Shown here in pieces: positions 52,464 through 61,204 of a DNA stretch of 64,000 nt. How positions within the stretch are numbered: the first letter of the stretch is position 1; every line of letters begins with the position of its first letter. The DNA is from Candidatus Zhuqueibacterota bacterium. GTDB taxonomy: Bacteria; Zhuqueibacterota; QNDG01; JABMRT01. The notes under the pieces are model-generated. The model did not search any database and was not told where the DNA came from. It saw nothing but the letters and a program-made list of their open reading frames with translations. A program made the translations under genes and the position numbers. The DNA lies in NCBI GenBank assembly GCA_013202295.1, contig JABMRT010000118.1, positions 16,109-80,108 of the forward strand, written 5' to 3'.

Positions 52464-53858
52464 ATGAAAACAAGTCATAGATTTCCAAATTCTATTTGTA
52501 ATACGATACTGATGCTGATATCAATTCTTATATTAGCCAGTCATGTCTATGCCAATAAAATCGTGGTGGGTTATTATCCTTCTTGGTATAAATCGACGCT
52601 TCCTGCTGAAAGCATCCTGTTTGAGCATTTAACACATATCAATCATGCGTTTGCCTGGCCTGATGCATCGGGCAATCTTCAAATGGATAATGATCTGATT
52701 TATCCTGAACTGATCCAACAAGCGCATGAAAAAGATACTAAAATACTCATATCATTAGGCGGTTGGGGCAATTCAGATGGTTTTCCACTTGTGGCCACCG
52801 ATCCATTAAAACGATTGTTCTTTATCAATAATCTAGTTGACTTTCTAAATGCACATAATTATGATGGCGTTGACATTGACTGGGAGTTCCCGGATTCAAG
52901 TAATGACAGGAATAGCCTGACAATCCTTATCACTGAGTTACGTGATCGTTTCACATCTGAGAATCCGGATTGGCTCATTACGTTTGCTGTAGGAACCAGC
53001 AATTGGAGCGGCCAATGGTATGATTACAATGAGCTGGTCCATTATGTGGACTGGTTTAATGCCATGTGCTATGATTATCATGGAAGCTGGTCCGCACATT
53101 CAGGACATAATGCGCCGCTTTATCAGCCGCCGGGCGACTATGACGGCGCTGTAGATGTCGGGATGAATTATTTGCACAATACGCGTGGAATCCCTAAAAA
53201 TCAATTGACAGTTGGAGTTCCATTTTATGGTAAAGAATTTAATTCAGCTTCTCTATATGGTCCTTTTACCGGCACAGTGACCGACTATACATATAATCAA
53301 ATTATTCCAAAAATGAATGGAGACTGGACCTATCATTGGGATGATATATCAAAGGTTCCCTATCTGACAAACAGTACAAACACAAAGCTCATCAGTTTTG
53401 ATGACACGGTTTCCATTCGCCACAAATGCGAGTGGATCCAGGAACAGGATTACTTGGGAGGTATGATTTGGGCCCTTGGACAGGATTTATCCAATAATGA
53501 ACAAGTCTTGCTTGAGACCATCGGGACTCATTTGTTGAATCCCACATCAGTATCTATTGAACCAACTGGAGAACAGTCGGATGACTTTATTTTGTATGAT
53601 AACTATCCCAATCCCTTTAATCCGGCAACTATGATATCCTTCACAATCAAGAATGCTGATGATGTAACCTTGGACGTTTATAATCTGAATGGTCAAAAAG
53701 TAAGCACATTGTTGAATGGTTGGATGTCAGATGGCGCACATTCAGTATTCTGGAATGGGACTAATGATTCAGGCAATCCTGTTCCATCCGGATTTTATTT
53801 TTACAGAATTCAGACGGGTGCGTTTCGCACAGTACGGAAGATGATATTACTGAAATAG
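52464..53858 (+). CDS. Glycoside hydrolase family 18 (chitinase-like) with T9SS C-terminal sorting domain
   Basis: GH18 catalytic motif 'DGVDIDWEFP' (DxxDxDxE). C-terminal 'YPNPFNPATMISFTIKNADDVTLDVYNLNGQKVSTLLNGWMSDGAHSVFWNGTNDSGNPVPSGFYFYRIQTGAFRTVRKMILLK' is a T9SS CTD. Confidence 0.85.
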   Translation: MKTSHRFPNSICNTILMLISILILASHVYANKIVVGYYPSWYKSTLPAESILFEHLTHINHAFAWPDASGNLQMDNDLIYPELIQQAHEKDTKILISLGGWGNSDGFPLVATDPLKRLFFINNLVDFLNAHNYDGVDIDWEFPDSSNDRNSLTILITELRDRFTSENPDWLITFAVGTSNWSGQWYDYNELVHYVDWFNAMCYDYHGSWSAHSGHNAPLYQPPGDYDGAVDVGMNYLHNTRGIPKNQLTVGVPFYGKEFNSASLYGPFTGTVTDYTYNQIIPKMNGDWTYHWDDISKVPYLTNSTNTKLISFDDTVSIRHKCEWIQEQDYLGGMIWALGQDLSNNEQVLLETIGTHLLNPTSVSIEPTGEQSDDFILYDNYPNPFNPATMISFTIKNADDVTLDVYNLNGQKVSTLLNGWMSDGAHSVFWNGTNDSGNPVPSGFYFYRIQTGAFRTVRKMILLK

Positions 53859-54468
53859 ATGCGAACCATACCAATCCCCGGCTCTAATTATGTGTTGGGG
53901 ATTTCATCCCCTAATATTTCCCGTACCAAAAAATAGTTTCCTATTGCATTTCCACCGGCAAGCATTTATATTCCAGTAGTCTTTACAATCTTTGATATAC
54001 ATCGATTTATTTCTCCGAATTCCTGGCATTCTGTTTTTGTGTGCCAAGTGACTTTATTTTTTGTTTTCTTGCAGCTCTGTGCTTTACTACAAAGTATTTA
54101 TACGGTTGGGAATTAAAACCAGGGTGGACATGATGGTAAAAAGATCTCCTCGCCTTGCGATCACTTGTTTTGTTGCAGTGTTTGTATTGACTGTACAGGG
54201 AGCGGGAATCCCTCAACTTATCAATTATCAGAGTGTTTTGCTGGATGGTGATGATGATCCTATCACTGACAATCGGTAATAATACAACGTTCTACTACAG
54301 TAATATTCGCTGGAAAAAGAACATCAGGACACTTGATAAAGCACTCGAAACCACGCTGGCGCTTAAACATGATACACCGTGTTTGGTTATGCCTGTTTTT
54401 ATGGTTTTTTTTATCTGTTTGTCTTCTATTATTAATTTATTTAATTCATTAAAAAAGGAGGGCCTACC

Positions 54469-57132
54469 ATGAAGATCTCAATCCGAATCTGTATCAGTCT
54501 ATTTATTCTAATGGTTTTGACTTTAAGTCATTCACAACCCATCATTCCTGACTTTCAGGTGAATGAGAACGGCGGTCTTGCAGATCATAACTCCGCTGCA
54601 ATCACTTGCGACCGCATGGGCCAGTTTATGGTGACATGGACTGACTATCGAAATGCCAGACCGGATATTTTTGCTCAACAATATACATATGACGGAACAC
54701 CCGTGGGACAAAATATTAAAATTAATGACGATCCTACGGGTCCCTCTCACAGTTCTTCTTCCATTGCTTCAGGAGGGAATGGTCATTATATCGTTGTCTG
54801 GTCTGATGAAAGGGATAGCGATGAAAGCCAAATCTATGCACAGAGACTCGACCCCTATGGTTCTCCTATCAGCAGTAATTTTAAAGTCAATGATGATGCA
54901 AGTCCGGAAGAGTCCCATTATTCACCCTTTGTAGCTGCAGATGGATCTGGCCGTTTTGTGGCTGCATGGGAAGATTTCCGGGAGGGAAACCGGGATATTT
55001 ATGCTCAGCGATATGATAGTGACGGATCACTGACAGGGAACAATTTCAAGGTGAATGACAGCACAGGAACCAGTTCCCAAAAATCAGTCTCAATGGCCAT
55101 GGATTGGGAGGGCAATCTGTTTACCGTATGGGAGGATTCTCGTAACAGTGATAGTGATATATACGGCCAGATGTATGGGAGTGATGGATCTTCATTGGGA
55201 AGCAATTTTAAGATCAATGATGATTCGGGTACGAGAAGACAGTATGCACCTGCGGTTTCTGCTGACAGCAGCGATAATTTTGTTGTTACCTGGCAGGATG
55301 AACGGGATAATAAAAAAAATATTTATGCACAGCGGTATGACAGTAATGGTTCGGCTTTAGGGAGCAATTTTAAGGTGAATGATGATCCGGGAGATGTCCG
55401 GCATCTCAGTCCGGCTGTTTCTGTGGATATTCAGGGACAATTTGTCATCACCTGGTATGATGAGAGAGAGCTGGGTGATTTTAATGTTTATGCACAGAGA
55501 TTTGGAAGCGACGGATCGTCCATGGGTGGCAATCTTAAAATCAATGAGGATTTTGAGCATCCATGGCTGCAAGCACCGGTCGTGGCCATGAACCTAAGAG
55601 CGGATTTTATGATTGTATGGACCGACAACAGGAGCCTGACCTCAGATATTTATGGCCAGATGGGCAACATCGATGGTTCCATAACAGGTAGCAATTTCAG
55701 AGTGAGTGATGATACGAATAGTGCGATTCAAATCGCACCTATGTTGACATTGGATGATAACGGAAATTTCATCATCGCATGGATCGATGATCGCAACCAT
55801 CATTTTGACATTTATGCACAGTGTTTTTTAAGTGACGGCTCGGCCATGGGGAATAATTTCAGGGTGAATGACGATACCACAACTTCCGATCAGAATATGT
55901 GTGACATTGCTTCGGACAGCAGTGGTAATTTTACGGTTACTTGGAGAGATTCACGCAATAACAATTACGATATTTTTGCGCAACGTTATGATCAAGGCGG
56001 TTCTTTATCAGGTGATAATTTTCAGGTGAATGACGATGTAAGCAGTACGACTCAAAACGAATCAAAAATTGCCATGGACTATCGTGGGAACAGTGTAATT
56101 ATCTGGTCCGATAAAAAAGAAGGGGATAATGATATTTATGCACAACGGTATGACGAAAATGGATCAGCCACAGGAAATAGCTTTAAGGTCAACGATGATG
56201 GCGGAACCGAGGATCAGGAAGAGTCTTGCATTGCCATGGATAGATTGGGTAATTTTATCATTGCCTGGTCAGATAAGCGCGATGGTGATTGGGATGTTTA
56301 TGGCCAGATTTTTTCAAGTAATGGAAATGCAACAGGAAACAATTTTAAGGTCAATGATGACCTGACTATCAAATACCAGGGCTATCCTGATATCGGATCA
56401 GACAGTAATGGAAATTTTGTCATTGTGTGGGAGGATTATCGGGATGATATTCTTCATATTTATGGACAGCGTTTTATGAGTAACGGGGCTCCTATTGAAA
56501 GTAATTTTAATGTGAATGAAAATCAGGAACTACTTGAACAGGCTGAACCTTCAATCGGAGTGGACGAGGACGGACGTTTTGTTGTAGCCTGGGAAGACGA
56601 ACGAAATAATCCCTATTACAATATCTATGGCCGACAATTTGATATAGATGGTTCACCCCTGGGAGACGATTTTCGTATCACCAGCTTATCCGAAAGCAGG
56701 CAGCTTAGACCCAAAGTGAAAGTCCGGAATAACAGAATTTACACAACCTGGCAGGACAACCGGGCAGGAAATACAGGTTATGATATCTGGGCCAGTGTTC
56801 TTGACTGGTCAGATTTGGTTTCAGTACAAACACAATTGCCAAGACAGAGCTTAAGCTATGATCTATTTCCCAATTTCCCCAATCCATTTAATCCGATAAC
56901 TATAATCCCCTTTTCATTAGCGGAAGCTGCAAGTGTGAAAATATCCGTATTTGATATTACCGGACGTTTTGTAAAGGAAATCGAAAATCAAACATATTCC
57001 TCAGGTCGGCATGAGATACTATTTGATGGTTCAGATGTGTCGAGTGGTATTTACATACTTAAAGTAAACTTCATTACAGCGGCTCGACAAGAAAGACTTG
57101 CATTTACAAGAAAGATATCGATTTTAAAATAG
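54469..57132 (+). CDS. Secreted repeat protein (887 aa; ~14 tandem ~57-aa repeats of unrecognised type) with T9SS C-terminal sorting domain
   Basis: GGAGG RBS and a signal peptide. The unit 'NFKVNDD.....Q..P.VA.D..GNFVV.W.D.R.....DIYAQRYD.DGS..G' repeats about 14 times. CTD 'FPNPFNPITIIPFSLAEAASVKISVFDITGRFVKEIENQTYSSGRHEILFDGSDVSSGIYILKVNF...KISILK'. Confidence 0.75.
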   Translation: MKISIRICISLFILMVLTLSHSQPIIPDFQVNENGGLADHNSAAITCDRMGQFMVTWTDYRNARPDIFAQQYTYDGTPVGQNIKINDDPTGPSHSSSSIASGGNGHYIVVWSDERDSDESQIYAQRLDPYGSPISSNFKVNDDASPEESHYSPFVAADGSGRFVAAWEDFREGNRDIYAQRYDSDGSLTGNNFKVNDSTGTSSQKSVSMAMDWEGNLFTVWEDSRNSDSDIYGQMYGSDGSSLGSNFKINDDSGTRRQYAPAVSADSSDNFVVTWQDERDNKKNIYAQRYDSNGSALGSNFKVNDDPGDVRHLSPAVSVDIQGQFVITWYDERELGDFNVYAQRFGSDGSSMGGNLKINEDFEHPWLQAPVVAMNLRADFMIVWTDNRSLTSDIYGQMGNIDGSITGSNFRVSDDTNSAIQIAPMLTLDDNGNFIIAWIDDRNHHFDIYAQCFLSDGSAMGNNFRVNDDTTTSDQNMCDIASDSSGNFTVTWRDSRNNNYDIFAQRYDQGGSLSGDNFQVNDDVSSTTQNESKIAMDYRGNSVIIWSDKKEGDNDIYAQRYDENGSATGNSFKVNDDGGTEDQEESCIAMDRLGNFIIAWSDKRDGDWDVYGQIFSSNGNATGNNFKVNDDLTIKYQGYPDIGSDSNGNFVIVWEDYRDDILHIYGQRFMSNGAPIESNFNVNENQELLEQAEPSIGVDEDGRFVVAWEDERNNPYYNIYGRQFDIDGSPLGDDFRITSLSESRQLRPKVKVRNNRIYTTWQDNRAGNTGYDIWASVLDWSDLVSVQTQLPRQSLSYDLFPNFPNPFNPITIIPFSLAEAASVKISVFDITGRFVKEIENQTYSSGRHEILFDGSDVSSGIYILKVNFITAARQERLAFTRKISILK
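54560..56780 (+). repeat. In-frame tandem coding repeats (~171 bp, ~14 copies, diverged)
   Basis: Periodic recurrence of 'DIYAQRYD', 'NFKVNDD' and 'W.D.R'. These are coding repeats, not CRISPR: the units are diverged and in-frame. Confidence 0.6.
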
Positions 57133-57449
57133 TTACGTTATCTCGATTGTTCTGGTATTTGAGAAGTTGGCTCTGGCTGTGGTTATGTAATAATTGTCAT
57201 TTCCGCCCCGCATCAAGTGAGGGATAACCTTCAACAGGAATCGAGGAAACATCTTGAATTCACCCGCGAATCTTGCATAGGTTGAGATTTTCGTTAAGTT
57301 GTAATCCAACTTTGAGTTGGACTATACCTTTGAAAGTTCCACCAAAAAAATTCTTGTAAATCAATGAATAAATTGTAAATTTATATAATATACTAAAGCA
57401 CTAAAAATGAACAATTTATCAGGTTGTATGAGGAACAAGGGAAATTGTT

Positions 57450-57818
57450 ATGCAATGGACGATATCTTACATTCCCGAAAGCATAATCATTTATATTAAA
57501 ACATCTGGTGAAATGACAGTCAAGGTGCTGAATTAGATTGTAAAGGAAACGATTGATACATGCAAACTTCACAGCGCCATATTGTTCTTAGTAGATCACC
57601 GAAAGGTGTTTGTTGCACTGAGCTTTCTTGATACTTTCGACCGACCGAAGACGTTATACATGCTTGGCTTTCCTAAGAATTCACGAATCGCGCAGGTGGT
57701 TCCTGAGTCAGATCTTGAAAAGTTCAGATTCTTTGAGACGGTATCGCAAAACAGGGGATATCACATACGCCTTTTCAAAAACATAAATTTGGCCATGGAA
57801 TGGCTGATCCGTGAATAG
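57450..57818 (+). pseudogene. Small ORF (~122 codons) interrupted by an in-frame TAG at 57534-57536; possible pseudogene or stop-codon readthrough candidate; function unknown
   Basis: ATG at 57450 gives 'MQWTISYIPESIIIYIKTSGEMTVKVLN*', continuing in the same frame as 'IVKETIDTCKLHSAILFLVDHRKVFVALSFLDTFDRPKTLYMLGFPK...AMEWLIRE*'. The frame continuity was verified codon by codon. Confidence 0.3.
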
Positions 57819-57917
57819 TATTTTAATCTAACAAAGAGCTGAAGGCAATGGGTAAATCCATGTCTTAGATTAAAAGCTGTACAATTTAATTGAGTTTTGT
57901 AATAAAAATGTGGAGGA

Positions 57918-59456
57918 GTGATGAAAAGAATAGCTTTGGTGTTGTATCTCTTCGCCACATTTGGAATCCTTTCGGCACAAAATATCGAAAATATGCGAGC
58001 GATACATATGGGAGGCAATTGGGGATCAAATGTAACAGGTACGATATCTCATCCTCCTGAGTATTTCGCATTTTTAAGCAGCATAAACGCTAATTGGGTG
58101 GGCATATCTATTGGTTTACATATAGATGATAGTATGGACAGTACTGTTGAAAGAAAGTATACGGGTGTGGCAATCCCCACATTTACCGATGCTGTGCTCA
58201 TCAATACCATTACAGTTTTACAACAAAATGGAATGAATGTATTTCTCACATTGGCGTTTGAGGCCCATGAAGCAGAAACTGCGCTTCACCCAGTCAGCAG
58301 ATGGCAATTGGGAGATCCGAGTATGCCCAATGAAGATCCTAATATCCTTCCGGAGTTTTGGCCCTGGGGAGTAGATCATCCTGAGCACACAAGTTTTGTT
58401 GGAAAATTCTGGGAAACATATACGGAACAAGCCATCCATTTTGCTGAAATAGCAGAATCTCTCGGTGTCTCATTATTTTCTCTTGGAACAGAGACAGATC
58501 GTTTGTTTCGTTCTCGATCAGGGGGATATTGGCCGAATGACTTTGGAGCATATCTAAGCGCGATGGCCGATTCTGTGAGATCGGTTTATAGTGGTCAATT
58601 AACATATGACATGCATTATAATGCCGTAATATCAGATAATTTTTTTAGACCAGGCTCAAGTCGTCTTTGGGAGGATATGGGATTGGATGTAATGGGTATA
58701 AGTGCCTATTTTCAACTCACAGAAACAATTCCCAGCGGAGTCATTAGTGTTGAGAGTCTGGAGCAGAGCTGGAATCAAATTTTCACCGATTATTTAATCC
58801 CCCTGAAAAATGACAATCCAACGCTTCCGATGATATTCCTGGAATTCGGGTATGTCAATGCTGTGGAAGCGCCATATCAACCCTATTATAATGAGTTTCA
58901 AACATGGGTGTTTGAAGACAATAACACAAATGGTCTGGATGATAGCGAAGAGACGCAAGCGAATATATATCAAGCGTTCTTTAATAGCAAAGATCAAAAT
59001 CCCGACATATTGGAAGGAGCGTTTTTGTGGGGTCATGATATGGCAGACGATGAAGAATGGGCTGATATATGGGGTACAATGCATCATTTTGGAGTACGGC
59101 AAAAACTGGCGGAAGAAGTTGTTCGTACGCACTACAATAATTTGTCGGATATTGTTTTACATGATGATAATCTACCGGGATATTTCAAGCTTCATCAAAA
59201 TTTTCCAAATCCATTTAATCCTGTGACCACATTTAAATATTGTCTTAATAAACCAGGTTGTGTCCACTTCACAGTATATAATCAACTTGGACAAGAAATT
59301 TATGTTTTGGTTAATAGAAATCAAGCAGCTGGAAACTATCACATTGAATGGAATGGCAATGATAGCAGTGGACAATCCGTTGCTAGTGCTATATATTTTT
59401 ATAACCTTGTTATAGATGATTGGTCTCAGACAAAAAAGATGTTGTTATTAAGATAA
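57918..59456 (+). CDS. Putative TIM-barrel glycoside hydrolase (clan GH-A-like) with T9SS C-terminal sorting domain
   Basis: Signal peptide. 'PMIFLEFGYVNAV' is a candidate catalytic Glu within an NEP/EFG-like context. CTD 'FPNPFNPVTTFKYCLNKPGCVHFTVYNQLGQEIYVLVNRNQAAGNYHIEWNGNDSSGQSVASAIYFYNLVIDDWSQTKKMLLLR'. The family assignment is weak. Confidence 0.55.
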   Translation: MMKRIALVLYLFATFGILSAQNIENMRAIHMGGNWGSNVTGTISHPPEYFAFLSSINANWVGISIGLHIDDSMDSTVERKYTGVAIPTFTDAVLINTITVLQQNGMNVFLTLAFEAHEAETALHPVSRWQLGDPSMPNEDPNILPEFWPWGVDHPEHTSFVGKFWETYTEQAIHFAEIAESLGVSLFSLGTETDRLFRSRSGGYWPNDFGAYLSAMADSVRSVYSGQLTYDMHYNAVISDNFFRPGSSRLWEDMGLDVMGISAYFQLTETIPSGVISVESLEQSWNQIFTDYLIPLKNDNPTLPMIFLEFGYVNAVEAPYQPYYNEFQTWVFEDNNTNGLDDSEETQANIYQAFFNSKDQNPDILEGAFLWGHDMADDEEWADIWGTMHHFGVRQKLAEEVVRTHYNNLSDIVLHDDNLPGYFKLHQNFPNPFNPVTTFKYCLNKPGCVHFTVYNQLGQEIYVLVNRNQAAGNYHIEWNGNDSSGQSVASAIYFYNLVIDDWSQTKKMLLLR

Positions 59457-59764
59457 CCTCCAATTCATCATGGTGATCCGATTCCTTACAATTGATGTGT
59501 AATGTGTCGGGATGATTTGAAATATGCAGGTAAGAAGATCTTGAGTACGACGGGATTCTCTGCTGAAAAAACCCGCCTGGTTATCCAACAATAGTTAATT
59601 AAGAAATCACTCATGAAAAGCAAGACAATACTCATTGTTTTAGTACTTTTCAAATTTTTTAAAAGCGATCAATTGCTGTTGAATTGCGGCAGGGCGCCGC
59701 CTTAGCTCACAGGTTCTAATCCAGCAATAAATTGAATCTCATATTTATGAAGGGAGCTCGAAAA

Positions 59765-60767
59765 ATGAAAAAGTTACAATCATCCTCTATGATTATTTTA
59801 ATAGTATTTGTATCCTTTTTTCTCTTGTTAAGTGAAACCTCAAATGCTCAATTTGCAGACAGTCTCGCATTGATCGTTGTTGCTGATGCAGTTTACCCCA
59901 ATGACGCCGAGACGCAAGTTGTCTATAGACTTGAGGATATGGAGTTTGAGGTGCAGCTTATCGGCGAGAGCGATGTAAATGACGCAATCGCAGGGCTCCA
60001 ATCTCTTGTTTTCATATCAGCCACAGTATCATCAGGTACTGCTGCGGCCAGTATGCCGGGGTTGGCTGATTTGCCCGTGCCTGTTATCAACTGTGAACCA
60101 TTTCTTTATGATCATCAAGGATTTCAGGAACTTGACGGTAGCGAATTTAGTTCCACTGAAATTATGATTGTGCTAGAAGGCCACCCGCTGGCTGCGGGAT
60201 TATCCGAAGACGTTTTCCAGGTCACCAATAGTGAGAAAGCATTCAGTTATGGCACGCCAGTGGGAGATGTTGATATTATTGCTACCAGTGTGGATGCGGA
60301 CACTCAGGTTGTGCTGTTCGGATACGATACAGGTGCTGCGATGTTTGCGGGGACCGCACCTGCACGTCGAGTTGGCACCTTTTTATTGAATGATGTGGCT
60401 GATGATATGACAGAAGATGGATGGGCACTTTTTGATGCATCGGTCATTTGGGCCATGGGTGCCGATGAACCGAACGCGGTTGATGATCCTCTGCAGGATG
60501 TAAACACATTCGCGTTGCATGAGAATTATCCAAATCCATTCAATCCGACAACCAGCATTTCATTTTCAGTTTGCGGCACAAACCCATGTGCGTTTGAGTG
60601 TCTGGAACGCTATGGGTGAGCAAGTGGCCACACTGGTGAATGGTCTCATGTCCACCGGGAATCATACGGTTCCTTTCAATGGCGCGGTTCTTTCGAGCGG
60701 GATGTATTTTTACAGACTTGAGGCAGGAGTAAATTCGGTAACCAAGAAGATGCTGCTTTTAAAGTAG
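59765..60767 (+). pseudogene. T9SS-CTD-containing secreted protein gene disrupted by a +1/-1 frameshift inside the C-terminal sorting domain (pseudogene or sequencing error)
   Basis: ATG at 59765 follows an AGGGA RBS (ORF 59732..60619). The CTD starts in frame A ('ENYPNPFNPTTSISFSV') and then degenerates ('CGTNPCAFECLERYG*'). The canonical remainder is in frame B (60519..60767: '..THVRLSVWNAMGEQVATLVNGLMSTGNHTVPFNGAVLSSGMYFYRLEAGVNSVTKKMLLLK'). The frame switch lies near 60565-60585. Confidence 0.55.
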
Positions 60768-60789
60768 TTTGATTGTGCTATAAATATTG

Positions 60790-60826
60790 ATCCTGCCAGG
60801 GTGCTGAATCCTGGCAGGATTTTTTA
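60790..60826. terminator. Bidirectional rho-independent terminator between convergent genes
   Basis: A perfect 11-bp inverted repeat (atcctgccagg ... cctggcaggat) with a 9-nt loop, followed by TTTTTT on the + strand. The upstream flank is A/T-rich on the opposite strand. It lies between the + gene ending at 60767 and the - gene ending at 60824. Confidence 0.6.
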
Positions 60827-61138
60827 ATTGATTCCATCACTTGCTTTTGTATCCAGAACCTTTACATTGTCCCAAAGATGTGAATATTGATCGATGAACT
60901 TCTTGTGTTCCGGATCCACCTGGTACACATCATGCTTCTCCCGTGTTTCAAAAAACATTGTCAATGTATAATCAAATGAACCATCGACTACTTCCCGGTC
61001 CACACCTGCGGGTACTCCCCAATACGCTTCGGAAATCAGAGGCATTTTAATTAACTCCGTGAGACCCGATTCGAATTCCTTTTTCTCTGAATCTGTTACA
61101 TCTGCTTTTAACCAGAAATACACATTATGAATATGCAT
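60824..61138 (-). CDS. Dabb-type stress-responsive A/B-barrel domain protein
   Basis: ~100 aa. 'MHIHNVYFWLKAD...EFESGLTELIKMPLISEAYWGVP' matches the Dabb fold pattern (hydrophobic H.V.F.LK core). Confidence 0.6.
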   Translation of the reverse strand: MHIHNVYFWLKADVTDSEKKEFESGLTELIKMPLISEAYWGVPAGVDREVVDGSFDYTLTMFFETREKHDVYQVDPEHKKFIDQYSHLWDNVKVLDTKASDGIN

Positions 61139-61204
61139 GGATTCATTCCTTTTTTCAAAGAATCTTTAGAACAGAGTTAACCCTCCGATTCACCCGAAGG
61201 GATG

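Noticed and set aside
53876-53915. Hairpin 'aatcccc...ggggatt' after the GH18 gene as a possible terminator
   Set aside because: Only a 7-bp stem with a 17-nt loop and no downstream T-tract. It is not convincing as an intrinsic terminator.
54560-56780. Regular ~171-bp periodicity that could superficially suggest a CRISPR-like or satellite array
   Set aside because: The repeats are diverged, in-frame and translate into a coherent protein motif with signal peptide and CTD flanks. They are coding tandem repeats, not CRISPR.
59694-59722. tRNA-like fragment 'GCGCCGCCTTAGCTCACAGGTTCTAATCC' (an acceptor/D-stem-like 5' piece abutting a T-arm-like GGTTCTAATCC), a possible integration-site relic
   Set aside because: There is no anticodon arm and no complementary 3' acceptor strand. 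The T-loop has a T at the conserved purine position. The sequence cannot fold as a tRNA, and no integrase gene is nearby. It is most likely chance resemblance or an unverifiable relic.
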